The notes: generated by a model not told the origin, from the sequence alone. A stretch of 64,000 nucleotides of DNA from Antedon mediterranea (GCF_964355755.1 NC_092675.1:28492912-28556911), one strand, 5' to 3'; numbered from the stretch's first letter, positions 21,733 to 37,500 are shown. Program-made: numbers and translations.

Positions 21733-22530
21733 TTAACAACATGCATTCAGCTTTTCATAATATGGCATTGATTTCCGTACACACTCTTGTACTATTTTGG
21801 GTAACTCCTCAATCGAGGGAAGAGGTTTTGATAATCCTTTCTTAAAACCACCCGCTGTTAAACTATTGGAAAACCAATTATATATAGGTTCTAGATCCCA
21901 CACAGCCTGGGCCATATTCCATTTTACCTTGGGCTTGCTGTCCCAGTTTAGTAAACCATCGTTATACTCAAACCCAACAGCTTCGCAATATTGTTTTAGA
22001 ACTTGTTGAGGATCATTTAGCAAATCTTCTGAATTTACAACAAATGGTTTCTTGCCGTTTTCATTCTCAATGTAGCAGTATAGTTCCCAAAGTTCTTGAT
22101 AGCCTAGGCCTTCTGGAAGCCAACTAATAAAGTTGCCATCTACGTCGTCTGCACCGGTAGATACCATCATATTGTAATAAGACAAGAATGATTTGATTGG
22201 ATGTCGTATAAGAAATGAGTGTTTGTAGCCTTTAGCGATTTTATCATATCGTTTATGAACGGCATAACCCATGTCTTTTACAAAGACACATTTATTCTCT
22301 AGTGATTTATCTTCCAGACTTGCCTTCACTTTATCGTAAGTATACTCCATTTCTGTCGGAGAAGTGTCCTTTGGGATAAGGCGTCCTTCCGGGCCGAAAT
22401 GTTCAGCGCAGCCGTATGGTTCCAAATATATCGCTACATTATCAATACTTTCCATGCTTCTGGTAAAAGCGGTTGACACGGATCTTGGTAAAGTCCAAAG
22501 AAAAACGTGCGCAGTCCTTGATGACGTCAT
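21733..22530 (-). CDS. Sulfotransferase-like P-loop protein, copy 2 (265 aa, intronless CDS)
   Basis: Colinear with copy 1: 44 differences in 265 aa by hand count (about 83% identity). Same CAG acceptor 6 nt before the ATG. Confidence 0.75.
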   Translation of the reverse strand: MTSSRTAHVFLWTLPRSVSTAFTRSMESIDNVAIYLEPYGCAEHFGPEGRLIPKDTSPTEMEYTYDKVKASLEDKSLENKCVFVKDMGYAVHKRYDKIAKGYKHSFLIRHPIKSFLSYYNMMVSTGADDVDGNFISWLPEGLGYQELWELYCYIENENGKKPFVVNSEDLLNDPQQVLKQYCEAVGFEYNDGLLNWDSKPKVKWNMAQAVWDLEPIYNWFSNSLTAGGFKKGLSKPLPSIEELPKIVQECVRKSMPYYEKLNACC

Positions 22531-25500
22531 GGTACCCTGTGTTTAAAAAAAATCTGGTTACTGTACGTCAAAATACTAAACGTGTCACGTTTCTTTATTC
22601 TACGTCGTGACGTTCTCACGTTACGAAAATAACTGATGACGGTGGTACGTTCCAACATGAGGGTTGCGGACTAGTCTATTATGGTACAGGGATGTTCTAT
22701 GAACTTTTACATTTCGTATCTAAGAAGCCCTCCCTTTGGAAAGCACGGGCTGTTGTCAGTTTATCTGAGTAAACATCGGCGAAACTACCAAGTGAATAAC
22801 TATTATGTGACACTAAAATAGCAACAAAAACAATATATATTTAAAGTCACTAGAATTTATCCAGGGGATATACTTACGGTTTAACCAGATAATACAGAAT
22901 GAACGAAAACGAAAGAAATCGGTTACAATTGTAATCTTAAACCAGGTAGGTCTTATTTCCCTGCTCAAACACAATGCTAAGCATACAATGCAAAGGCTTT
23001 TAAAACATAGGCCACGTAACCAAGCCTTGACAACGTTCACTCTTCTCTGACGTAACGGGTTTTTTAACTTATTAACCTGCACCTTAAGAGTTTTACTAGT
23101 ATATTTTTCAAATATTAACCAATTGTTAACAACTTGTATTATGTAAGCCCTAATTTGTTTCCCCTGTATTTTATCTGTATTATTTAACATGAACAAACAA
23201 GTACAATTGCAAACCATGTGTGTTTATAGGAATAATAAATGAATGACTGGTATTATTTAAAATGAATATTTGACAATGAAAGTAAAAAAGCCTACGTCTG
23301 TGCTGTTTTGTGTTAATTAGTGTAGCGTGACTGCTGATTAGATAGTTGATAGAATAGTATGACCCGTACATTTGCAATACAAGCAATGCAACATGCATAA
23401 TACTACTTCGGCCATTAAATCATAGAGATAATATCTCTAGGCCTATGATTAAACAAACAATGAATTGGCCTCTAAGCATTAGACACAGCAAGCGAGTGCA
23501 ATGCCTAACCAGCCGATAGCATTATTACTTATCGTCACTAAAATGGTGTTTTTCGTCGTCAGGACCTAGAAGCATACTTTACCCTATACAGTAGTCTGTA
23601 TTCTAGACGGAGTTTTGATTTTAATACCAGTTAATAGATAAATATTTTGGCGTTTCATACGTGTACTACTTCTATTCTTATATCCATGACTGAACTAACT
23701 CTCACCAACTTAAGCTTGCAAAAGCCACAAGACTTACTTGGGGGAAGTTTAACTTAATCCAAATGACAAACCTAACTATGGTATGAAGTTAAATCCCATG
23801 TTTCCAGTGAACTAGGGAGGTATACATATAAGTGAACCCCAAACTCTTGAAAGTGTTCAACTCACCTAGAAACGATCAGAATTTACAGTACTGTATATAT
23901 TACTTTACTTGATTTACTTATGTGTCCCTCGAATATTATCTTGTCTACTATAGGCGGAAAACTTGCAGAAAGATATTGTCCTTCTTGCTTGTTTCTTTCG
24001 TAAGAACAGTGTCGACGACGCTCTGCAACAATGCGTTTAATTTGACCGAACAATAGAAAGCGTAATAAGCGAATATCCGTCCAATTCAACAATTTCTATG
24101 ACTCTTTTTGTTAATATTGTCTATTGTCTAGCGGGCTAGAAGTTTTACCTTTTTTCTCTCGCGTATAGGTATGACACGCCATATGTGTCAAACTGTTTAT
24201 AAATATCATCCCGAATCCTTCGCATTTAAATGTAAGTTGGATACAAAAACTCAATATTTCTTTTGTAATGTTACCCTTCAAATTAGAAACAGCCGTGCAC
24301 ATTATTTGATATCAAACAATACCTACCACTCGACGCATTTATATATACAATTTGCACGGTTGTTTTTATGTCCATTAAAATATAATACGTGATGGCGCTA
24401 TGTGATTTCTTTATGCATTATCAATTTATAAGAATGATTGCGTAATATAGTATAGGCCTAAGTATGCAATGTTTTCCCGAAGCAGGTTTTGCCAGCAAGA
24501 TTTTGTTTTGTTTTATGTATCGATAATTCGGACGTACTTCACTTAATTTGACGGATTGATTTATATTAGGACCGATACGATGACGACGATTTTGTATCGA
24601 TACTGGTGGATCATCTGGAAAATATTGTTTTTGCCTTTCGTGCTTTATTTCATTTCAACTCTTTTTCTTTTTTTTCAGTATTTCTTACAAATAAGTTGAC
24701 ACCATTAATAAGAATGTGTTAAAATAATAAAAGTTCTAAACACTTAATTTATACAAATTACATTCTAAGTATTACAATGAGTACGGTACCTCACAAATAC
24801 ATATACCCATGACTTTAAACAATGCATTAAAATAATGTTTTATACATTTAAAAAATGTTAAATGTCTTATCAACGATACAAATGGTAACCATAAAAAACG
24901 CACAAAAAACTTAGGCCTATATTAAAATAGATCAAAACAAAGTAAAGAAACGATCATTCAATTAGGTTTAAGTCAATAAATTAAGAAGTTTTTATTTTAT
25001 ACAAGACGATTTGATCTCGGCTTTAGTTCACATGAATATTCATTATTAACTTGATTTTCGGGAAAATATTCAACAGGCCATCATTGCTGTAAATTCAGTA
25101 CAAATGAATTTAACTGATGATGTCGTCGTTACGTCATTAAGTGACATGTCATTGAGGCATTTTATTTTTCATTTTATATAGATAAATATTTATTTTACAA
25201 CCTTTAATAAACTATTTAATTAGAAACAACAATGGAAATTGTTGAAATACAACAATATATTGCTGTATTTTTCATTGTGAAAATATTTTACATATTTTTA
25301 TATTAGCAAACGATTATGCTGAGTGGATAACTATATTATTTATAAGAGATTCTGTAAGTGTGGCGACTGACTCGCTGTTGTTGGATATATAAATTATGAC
25401 GTCATGTGAATATCACAAATCACTACACAAATACAAGTGACGTGTAGTTTAGCAAATTGTGTTCATTTTAAACCAAAGTTATACAGGCTATATTGCTTAA

Positions 25501-25563
25501 TCTAAAACTGTGAAGGACGTAGGTCTGCTTAACTATAGAGAAGAAGACATCAACATATTCTTC

Positions 25564-28500
25564 ATGGCTGAAAATGATTCCGAAAAACGTTTCTGCGTCA
25601 AACAATTTACAATTTCAACTTTTTGGGCTGAGACAAAAGAGTTATTAAAAATAGGATGGATACTGGTAAGTAGAATAATTAAACTCTTTCCGATGGACTT
25701 TTTTAAAACAGCAAATATGTCCTCAAACCAGATTTGTTTTCAAAAAATTCAAGTTTAAAATTTTGAAGAAAAGACATAGGCCTACAGAAACATACAGAAA
25801 AGCAAACTCTCCGGAAAAAAAATCACAGTTTATTAGTTTCTGTAGTAAGGTATTATGGAGGGAGATGGCCCTCGATCAACCCTCCTCCTTTTTGCATCCG
25901 GAAATAACTACATTTTCAAATAACACTCTTTTCATGTATATGTTTTCTTTTTATCCCACTTTTTTGTTTTGGCTTTTGACAAAAGTAGAGCCTAGGCCTA
26001 ATATAATATATTGATTAGCATGTTTTCTTGTCATATTGTATTGTTGTGAGGAAACTTAATGATTCAGCTTCGGCTGGATGGACCACCCTCGTAAATTATT
26101 GTTGAAATAAAAAATTAATAAATACCAGTTTCTCTCGAGATCATCATACCATTTGTTATAGATAATGTGGAGGTTTTTTTTATCTGATTTTTTGTTCTAA
26201 TCCGGACAGTCATTTAACATACAGTTGTAAGCAGCATCATGTTAATAAAATCTCTCTCTCTTCTACCCATAGAGTATATTTATGTTATTGGAATACTCAT
26301 TGGTCACAACAAGTATTTTATTTTGTGGACGATTAGGACAGACAGAGATGGCTTCAGCAGGAATGGCTCAATCGGTAGGTGATTTATATTTAAATATAAA
26401 TATGGAGCAATAATAACATCATATAAAATCATAACCAAGGCATGGAATGCTCACTTGCATATTTTATTTTATTCAATCGAAACCAACATCGATAATTACC
26501 GCCACTAACAGGTTTGAAACATAAAACAATACAACATTAAAAACGTTTAACAATAAAATACAAATATACATATAAACATATATCAGCATGCCATAAACAC
26601 TTGCGATTTAAAATGTATAATAATCAAACAGGTTATGCAGGCTGTTTAAGAAGTGAACACACTCTTCCTCTTAAAATAACCAAGCCTATCAGTAAAAATC
26701 AATATTATTGCAATTTATATTATTAAATATAGTCTATGAAGAAATTTAATAATGCTTCCATAGCGCCGTAATATATTATGTTGAAGATTGCGGGAAGCTG
26801 TTTTAGTAGTTCGTTTATAATAGGCCTAATATCTGTTTTATTTTGTTGACAGATAATTTCTGTTTTCTGCTTTATGCCAGGATACGGCATGGTGACTGTA
26901 TGTAACACATATTTTTCTACTGTAAGTAGGCTTTGCAGTAGTGATTTATTCAATCAACGGCTGTCTACACTAACAAACTTTATGTGACGACAAAATGTGA
27001 TGTGCCCATTATTGAACATGATGATGTCATATCACTACTATATTTTGCCATAATCACTACCATATTTAAGCACATCAAACTTGTTCGTTAGTATTGACAG
27101 AGCTTTAGAAAACTACGACCATTATACATCTGTATAATCTTCTTAAGTGTGTGTTATTCCATTTGCTTTGATATCATTACTTAAAAACAAACGAGGGTTT
27201 TAAATTAATATAAAAATGTTATTTAAAACTATTATATTTTCTGTTGTATGGTTCAACAGGGATTCAGCTCCAAAGATAACAGAAAACAAATCATATTTCT
27301 TCACAAAGCATTGCTACTTTCCATAATTGTTACATTGTTGTGTTGGGCGATTCTCATCAATACGGAGAGTTTACTTTATCTTCTGAAGCAGGATGAACAC
27401 GTCAGAATGTAAGTGCTTACTATTGTGACTATACACTGTAAAAATATTGTTTAGATCGTAAACATGTATTTTGTACCAACACATTTAGCCTTAAACATGT
27501 TTAGATATAAAACAAGTTTAGGTTCTAAACACATTCTAAACATGCAGTGTGTATCCAACTCAACACATCAGTGTTGATTGTTAAACATGTGGAGCAATTA
27601 TAAAGACACGTTTATGTTTTAAACGTGTTTAATGTATGGAGCTTTTTTCCGCCACAGTAAAATCGTATGCACGCAACTCTAAAGCTTGGTTCCCACTAGC
27701 GACGTAACGCAAGGACGTAACGCAACGCAAGTGAATTGACCAATCACAAGCGATGGCTTATTCGCTTGTGATTGCTAACTGTCTATAACTTCGCTTGTCA
27801 TTGGTTAAAACGCTTGCGTTGCGTTTACGTCCTTGCGTTACGTTCTAGTGGGAACCAAGCTTCAACACGTACCTAAACATGTTGACAGAACATAATAATA
27901 ATATTAGTTGACTGCTAAATGAGTGGAGGAAAGCAACATGTAGCTATAAACACGTTTAGTGTTTAAACACGCTAAACATGTATGTTTAAAGCTAAATGTG
28001 TGGGGAAAATGGGTACAAAATACATGTTTAAGATCTAAACACTATTTTAACAGTGTAGGCTTGTTTCCCACCAAGGACGTAAGCGGACCGCAAGTAATCT
28101 GACCAATCACGACGCGATGGATCGCACGATCTGTCGCTTGTGATTGGTTATCTTATTTACGTTGCGTCCAATTGGAAAACAATCATTTGTTTCAATAGTA
28201 CATACAAATAGGCCTACATACATTAAAAACAGCGCAAAAGTTAATCAATGAGGAGGAATTACCCAAATATTACTTTAAAAATAGTGTTTTAGTGTCACAG
28301 AGAAATACCTAAAACAGTACCAATTCAGATTCAGGTGGGCCTATGTTTCTTCCTTGTGGAAATACATGACAGGCACAATCGCTCACAAGTTGCAACATTT
28401 CTAGAAATTTACTGTACATCAAACTTCATAAAATATGATAAATTGCATACATTTTACAATAGGTTAACATTCGGGAGTCGATATAAATTAATGATTTGTC

Positions 28501-31500
28501 TATTTTGTTGATGATGCGCATGAAGTAAATGACGTATTTTTCACCAAATGTCCCGAGTGTCTCTTTTAACACTTGGTTATCACAACTTGGCTTGTCTAAT
28601 TCTCTCAAATATTAAATCCCGAGAGATACCAAAGTCTCATCATGGACACAAAGTAAATAAATAATTTATCCATTTATAATCAATTATTTATTTGCTCATT
28701 TTAAGAATATTTTATTGATTATCTCGTCAGTTTGGTTAAAACTAAATTATCTAAAAAATAAATAGTTTGTTTTGTTTTTCGAGAGGTCTCTGACTTTTGA
28801 AATTATTAATTTTAGAATGGTTGGCCAATTCGTTCGTGTTTATTTAGCTGCAGTTCCGGTAAGTAATTAAAATTTAATTTAAGTAAATTAAATTTGTGTT
28901 ATAAAAAATTTAAAAATGATAACGATTGTAAAATACTGTATATACTATGAAAGTACTCAGTACCATATGCATACGGTATATTTATATATGGACTGGTTCA
29001 ACAATTTTGTACCGATATTGTATGAAGTTAGAATGGCGTTAAATAGATAGATTTCTTGAATTTTTTAAGCAACTAACCATATAGTAAGTTCTTTAATAAA
29101 ATAATGCTGTTGATACAACATAACAGTTACTTTATTAATATTCAAATTAAGTTGTAGAAACTAGTTTGAATGTTTGGCTATACCATCCTTGTGTCCTGGC
29201 CTTCTAAATGCTGGTTAGCCTAGCAATCTTGTGTCTGAAGTGAAACAGGATTATAAGGTTTCAGAGGAGATGTGTTCATTTTGCTGACGTCGACATGTCA
29301 ACAAATTTGAACAATAAAGTGTAGTGTAGTTTCCGTATTTTTACCTACACAGTGTATATAAACAGCTTACTGTATATTTTACATAATAATATACACAATT
29401 CAAATCACTATAAACGCATATGCTTCAGGTCATAGGATGGCATACTGCGCAGGTTACGTTTGCGCGGATAATCTAAGATTCTTTTTGTACCGGTAAGGCC
29501 TACAGTTTTATATCTTCAATCACAAAGATCATACTAAAATCTAGTTTTTTAGCAAAATGTCAGTCATACACATTGTATTTTTATCCTTAAAAGTGAAATA
29601 ATTCACTATTTAGGGTTTTATGACCGTAAATATAAGCTAAAACACAATATTTTAGGCATTGTTTGCATCGTTTGTGCTGAGTCGTTTCTTGCAATGTCGA
29701 AACCACGTGATGATAACGATGCTCGCTATGATGCTGGCTGCAGTCGTAAACATTCTGCTGCAGTATGTCTTCGTCATTGTCATCGGTGGTGGAATAAGGT
29801 ATATTTACTCAACCCGTAAATATTTGTAAATATGTGTGTATATATTTACCAAAAGATATTTGTAGTATAATTGTGTTAGCTTAATTGTGTATCACTCAAT
29901 AGGTGTAGGCCTTTCAATATTATTTTGCAGGGTTTGGCAGAGTCAAATATCAGACCGCTAACGTCTTAATTTGAACAAAATTGGATCAAAACGAACTTAA
30001 TAACCAAATAACTATTTATCAACGTATTAATATTGCATTGCTTACGTCACATTATTGACTTACAACATATCATCTATAATACCTACCCTGTCTACCTGAC
30101 AAGGTAGACATTATTGACATACAACATTTACATCTAAGTTTTGCGCAAGAATATTGGGATATAATACTATATAAAACTCGAAAGAAATGACTCGAATTTA
30201 TACATTCATTTATGTATCTCTGTTTTTGTATCGATCGAGCTCTTGCTTCGTATTAAGTCAAACACGCAGATTAATTATATTTTCATATACACCTACATAA
30301 CAGTATGCCTACACTCGACTCAGCAATGCCAAAAAATGTCACATTTTGTGTTCACATGTCCATGTCCAAGTCTGAATTCCACAGTTCCATAGTTATTCAT
30401 ACTCTGTCCTCTGTCCATTCTTTTTTAAGCTCTGTCTACACTATCAAACTAGTTTGACAAAAAAATGTGATGTGCCCAAATATGCTAGTAATATTCCCCA
30501 AATATGCTAGTGGATGACATCATCATGACCATATATGGGCACATCACATTTTTGTTGTCACATAAAGTTTGACAGTGTAGACAAAGCTTAATAGCACTGC
30601 ATATATTAATACATTTAATTTATATATTATATATTATACTGTGTATATTTCATATTTTGATTCCTCTCTATGTTATGTTACAAACCCTTTATGAGAGTAT
30701 CTTTTTTGTCTGTTTTATATTTTTGGACAAAAAATAAATGTATGTAGGTATTAGTGTGTATGAGGTATGTCTTTTGACTCGAGTGTATGCATGTACACCA
30801 TTCATTGCAAAAAATAGAATATAATATTATTATACATCTTTGACTGTAACTAAAATTATATCAACATTTCATTTTTTAAATTATTTAATACATTTCAGCT
30901 ATTCTTCAGGTGCATTGGTGATTTCTCAATACGTCTATCTTGGAACAATATGTATTTATATGTATAGATATGAAAATATAACTGGTATGTAAGAGAATAT
31001 TTATGTAGATAATTTTAGTGAAGTTGATTTATGATGGCAATGCTGCTAAGCCTAATGAAATGACAGTGATGCGGATGTGATGCTGAAGAACATTTTTGCT
31101 AATAATAATTATAATAAAATAAATAAAAGGATTTGGTGGTGGTGGTGGTAATGATTATGATTATGGTGATGAGGATTAATGATGATGATAATGATTATGA
31201 TCATGATGATCATGCTGATGATGATGAAGATCATGATAATGATGATGATGATGTTGATGATGATTGGATGATGATGATGATGTTGATCATACTGATGACG
31301 ATTATGGTGATGACGTTGATGATTATGATGATGATAATGATGATGATAACTGATAATGACAAATCTTGAATGATGATGATTATGATAATGATGATGATGT
31401 TGATGATACTGATGATGGCGATTATGGTGATGATCATTATGATGATGATTATGATGATGTTGATCATACTGATGATGATGATGATTATGATGATGATTAT

Positions 31501-34500
31501 GATGATGATATTGATGATACTGATGATGACGATTATGGTGATGATGATTATGATGATGATGATAATAATAATGATGACTATGATGATGATGATAACTGAT
31601 AATGACAAATCTTGAATGTTGATGATGATCATTATCATGATAATGATGATGTAGATGATACTGATGATGACGATTATTATGATGTTGATGATACTGATAA
31701 TGCTGATGATGATTATGATGGTAATGATGATTATGATGATGATTATAACAAATATTGAATGTCCTTCACAGTTTGGAGCAGTGAAGCCCTAGAAGACTGG
31801 TATGAGTTCACGTCAATCGGCGTACACGGTTGCCTTATGGTTGAACTGGAAATACTAGTATTCGAGGCTGGATACTTTTTATGTGGTAAGACTTTATCAT
31901 TATTAATATCTCATATCGATCGAAAAAAATTGCCGCAGGCCCTACTCATCGGAATTAGAGAGCCCGGTTCGATAAGTATTACGTGTCATTTTCCCCCGCA
32001 TTCCAGCATGCATTTCATTAGTAGTGCGTCATTTTGAATAAGTGCTTCTCTAAGATTAAATGTATAAGTGCTTGGGTGTTCATTCCTGAGTAAAGTAGTA
32101 TACAATTATTAGTAACAGGGTTTTGGTACAGTTTCATTGAAATATGTATTTTATTTCAGCAGTTGTATTAATATATTTTCAAAATAAGCCTTGATATTTA
32201 GCTCCACAATCTCTAGCAGAATTGTCTAGCTCCAATAATAATATAATATAGTATCCTGGATTTTTATAGCGCCTAATGTTGTGAAACCTCTAAGCGCTGT
32301 ACATTAACTATACGATAAAAGAGATACCATAAACCTTACAGTCTTAATAAATTAATATTTCAACGTAAAGTATAATGTATTTTTTTAGCAATTTGTTTGT
32401 GATCAATACTTACCAGTAATATTAGAAAAGAAAATGATTAATATAAATGTGTTTCCCAAACCATACGCTCTTACGTCATCAATATGGTCTACCGAAGGTC
32501 ATTTATTGTATTATTGTATTCATTTATGTGATATTTTGTCTCGTCAGCATATACTTTAATAAATAAATAATAGGACAAGCAACCTTTAAATGTCAATCCA
32601 ACGTCAGCATTGAATTTTATTTGGAAGCATATTGATTTGAGGATATGTGGGATTTTTTAAGGCATAGAGAACATTAACAAAATATTGTATAAATTATCAT
32701 TCTATTGGAATTTAAAGTATCGTGTCAATAATTATCAATGTTCATTACATATTTATAAACAAAATGAAAAACAAACATTTACATGAAATTCAAAAAATAT
32801 ATCTTAAATATCTTGTTCAAGCTTGGTGTTCAAACCATTGAGAAAATTAAGTACCGTAAATACTAAGTAGGCCTACCATAAACATTAAGTATACCGTAAA
32901 TATTAAGTACCGTAAACATTAAGTACCGTAAACATTAAGTACAGTTGCTAATTACCGTAACATTGCTGTGTTAAATGAATTCAATTATAATAAGTTACGA
33001 AACAAATAATTAATAGTCGGTGTTCTTTTTTTCTAGGAACGTTTGATGCAGTGTCTGTGGGCGTCTTTGGAGCTGTTTATATCTTGATATTCTACACTTT
33101 TATGGTAAGTGGCTTGGCTTTGACTAATTTACACAGGCGAGCGGGAACGGGTAATTAAAATATAGAATCTATGTTATTTCTTATGACTATTTACAGACGG
33201 ACGGTTTCCACCGCCCAGGATAGATACAGACTCTATGTGGGACAAGCTACGGTACGCGGTTTTCCGCTCGTCTGTGTAAATTGGCCTTTAATATCTATCC
33301 ACACAAAGCGCTTTTTAAAGTGCATCTAAGCACAATTCTTCCATGATCTAAATGGTCTCTAACTAAAGCTTGGTTCCCACTAGAACGTAACGCAAGGACG
33401 TAAACGCAACGCAAGCGTTTTAACCAATGACAAGCGAAGTTATAGACAGTTAGCAATTACAAGCGAATAAGCCATCGCTTGTGATTGGTCAACTCACTTA
33501 CGTTGCGTTACGTCCTTGTCTTGCGTCTCAAGTGAGAACCAAGCATAACGTTTATTTTATGACGTTTGTTCTGTGACGTTTGTTCTATAACGTTTGTTTT
33601 CAAAATATAACTCAGATATGTTCCGGAGTTGCATCAGCATTGGCTATTCGTATTGGATATAGTTTGGGGGTCAACGAAAGTGGTCAAGCTAAAGTATCCA
33701 TGCAAGTGGCATTTATATTGTGTTGTAAGTATAACATTGTATAATTTATGCAGGAGTTCAAGTTATTAAAAAATGTATAAATCTTTGGATTGTGTCAATC
33801 ATTGTATCTGTTATAGCGTTAAGTCTGCCCTTTTCACAATGATTTTGACACCTTATTTAACTTTTGATTCGTGTGAATGTTCTTGTTGATGTGTTTTATT
33901 GTACAGTTTGTTATATGTTTCTCCTAAGGGAGGTGAATAAATTTGAATTGAATTTGAATTATAGGACATAATTTTATTGCATGCTACGCAGCAAAAAAAA
34001 TGTGAAAAATGTTGGATTAATCATAATAATTATATTCACAACCGAATAATTTTAGCCATACCTAAGATTTATTTCACAAATTTATCGTAAAATCAAAATT
34101 ATGTAACACACAAAAAACATTTTCCAAAAAGTATGAAACATTGGGAAACGATAGATCGATAACTATTGCTGGAATGTATGATCAATAATTTCATTTTTAA
34201 TGTTTCTTTTTACAGGGGTTTATGCTGTTATCACATCGATAGTAATATTTTCATGTCAGAATTACATAGGATACATATTCACTAATGATAAGTAAGTATT
34301 AAAATAATTATGGGTTGCCAATCTAAAAATCTTCACGCAACACTGTGCACTTTAAACGAGAAGTAAAAACAATCGTTTTCACGAGTAGACCTACGCAATG
34401 CAAGGACCTACGCGTAATAATGCTTGGTTCCCTATGTATTGAATCTAAAGCTTGGTTCCCACTAGCGACGCAACGTAACGCAACGTAAGAACATTCCCTT

Positions 34501-37500
34501 CCAATAATTGCGTTTGCCCCCGCCTGCGTGAAATCAAACCTGCGATGTTTGCGCAGTAGCCTACTGTTGCGTTGTCGGTTCCCACCTGTGATTACACAAT
34601 ACAGCACTTTGCCTCAATACGTCGCTGCCTTGCGTTACATTGCGTCGCTAGTGGGAACCACGCTTTAAGATATAACGGAGAGAAAAGATCTATGTATTGA
34701 ATCTTATGAATGTATTTTTATTGAAATAATTGAAAAAATGTGGTGTTTTGTCTGGAAATTTTGATTTGATAACAATAAAAAAATAAAATAAATACGAATA
34801 ATATTTATTAATTTATTGTAGGGTCATCTGTTAATAAATTTTTATTTTTTTTTTGGTTTTATGACAAATTAATTAATATGTGTATTTTGTATTAACCGAT
34901 TAAAGAGAGGTTATTGACGGAATTGCAAAGATTGCTCCATTGTTGATCATCTTTGAAATAAGTGATCTAACGAGTGTAAGTATTACCCGAGTTTTTATTC
35001 ATAGAGTATCACATCCAGTGTGGAAAATACAAGTTGTATATTCATAGAGTATCAAGTAACACATATTAATCAATTGGATATCAAATAACAATATCGTAAA
35101 TCAAAAAATCAAAACTCTTTGAAAAGAAAAGAACTCATGTATGCATAATCTGGCTACATGTCTACACAAACGTGTTACGAATGTGAAATATTTCGACATT
35201 ATTATGTTATAACCATGAATGATGGGCCATGATGACGTATTATTATACGAACATACGGGTTACAATGACCTTGAATATCGTAATTGCCCTTAAATTTGTT
35301 AACTATATAAAGCTAAAAGGAAAAAAAACACGAAAAGTGAAATATTTAATGGCAAATGCCGTAAAATCGTAAGCCTGTTTTTTTCAGTTAGGCTTAGGCC
35401 TATATCAAAATAATTATTTTTTTAATCCAGAAGTTAAATTGGAATTTACTAACATAAAAACGAACAATAAAGACAATTAATCCACTGGTTGGGCTTCTAA
35501 GCACCGTATAAGATTGTGTATTCTGGACTGAAAATCCCGTAGTAGGCGTCATACATACTGTGTATGGCTGTTTCAAATACAATCACTGTAGTAGTAATAA
35601 TAATAGGCATATTAGATTAAATGAAAATAATATTTTTTTTTTACAAAAATTGTTGAGAGCTTTACACATTTTTGGTGAATGATAAGAGTAGGAGGTGCGC
35701 TAATTACTCGTTTGAAATACATTTCTTTTAGAACATTGCAAAGGGAGCTGTGCAGGGGTGTGGGCGACAGGGTGCGGGTGCACTCATCGCCTTTATTGCT
35801 TATTATTTCATCGGTCTTCCATTGTGCGTGTATCTGGTATTGTTTCAAAAACAGAAAGCTGAAGGTAATTTATATGATTTCATATTTAGTCATATATCAG
35901 GCACAGAGATTTTATACAAAATAATTAGGCTAGCCCTACAAAAACTAATAAAAATATTATGTAAGGAAAAAAACATAAATGCATAAATCCATGTTTTAAG
36001 ATTTGAACACTACATTCATTTTGTTCCGAACGTAGCGGACAATGGGTCCGTTTACACTACGGCGCCGTCTTTCGTCGGAACGAATGCGAATGTGGTTTTT
36101 TTGTTGTGGATTATTAAATATTACTATATTAATATAGGAATGTGGATTGGACTCTGTGTCGGGAATGGGTTGCAAGCTACGTTTTTTCTAATCTACACTC
36201 TATCTATCAACTGGGAAAAAGAAGCGAGTTTGGTATGATCTTCATTATAATAATTATTTTATATACAAAATAATATTAAGTACTAATATTTGGTTCCCAC
36301 TAGCGACGCAATGTAACGCAATCTACGCAACGTAAGAAAATACTCTTCCAATCATTGCGTTTGCCCCCGCCTGCGTAAACAAACTTGCAATTTTTGCGTC
36401 GTCGGTTCCCATTTGTGATTACGCAATACATCATTTTGCGTAAATACGTCGTTGCGTTGCGTTCTAGTTGGAACCCCGCTTTATGATTACGCAATACAGC
36501 ACTTTGCGTCGATACGTCGCTGCAATGCGTTTTAGTGGGAACAACTAACAAAACATAGATTTTAAACGTAATTTTTAAGTTACTGTATTATTTTATGTGC
36601 CTGTTGCGAGTTTTCTTCGCCTTCTTGCTGGTGGTCCTTTTCAAATCTTTTTAATTACATTTGAGACAACAATATTTATGGAATTTCGGTCTGTTCATAT
36701 TGCATAACTAATAGTAATAACGTATTAAGTAGACGCTATAAATATAATGTGACTGTGAAAATTCAAGTGTGACGTTTATTCATCTAAGGAATGCACATGT
36801 AAATATATTATGACTTTTAATATATTATTAATCCATGCATAGACTGCGTTCTTGTGAAAAACGTCAATGTATATATGAGCGTCGAAATATTTAACATCAA
36901 TATGGATTAAAGTCAATATATGTATAAATATAACGTTGATGTATGTCAATGTGTTTAAGTCTTCAACGTCAATGGATTAACGTCAATGGATTAACGTAGA
37001 TATCAGTGGATTAAGCTAAGCTTAGTTCTCACTGGCGACGAAACGTAACGCAATCTACGCAACGTAAGAAAATGCCCTTTCAATCATTGTGTTTCCGCCC
37101 GCCTGCGTGAAATCAAACCTACGATTTTAGCAGCACTATTGCATCGTCGGTCGGTTCCCACTTGTAAATACGCAATACAGCACTTCGCGTCGATACGTTG
37201 ATGCTTTGCGTTCTAGTGAGAACCGCGCTTTACTGTCAATGATGAATATACGTTGATGTATGTCATGTGTTAAAGTCTCCAACGTCAATGGATTAACGTA
37301 GATATCGGTGGATTAACGTCAATGTATGAATAAGACGTTGATGTATGTCAATGTATTTAAGCGTTCAACGTCAATGGATTAACGTCAGTGGATTAACGTG
37401 GATATCGGTGGATTAACGTCAATATATAAATGTAACGTCGATGTTTGTCAATGTGTTAAAGTGGATTAACGTCAATGGATTAACGTCAATGGTTTAACGT

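Noticed and set aside
31133-31638. Poly-Met/Ile/Asp ORFs
   Set aside because: They are translations of the intronic (GAT)n microsatellite.
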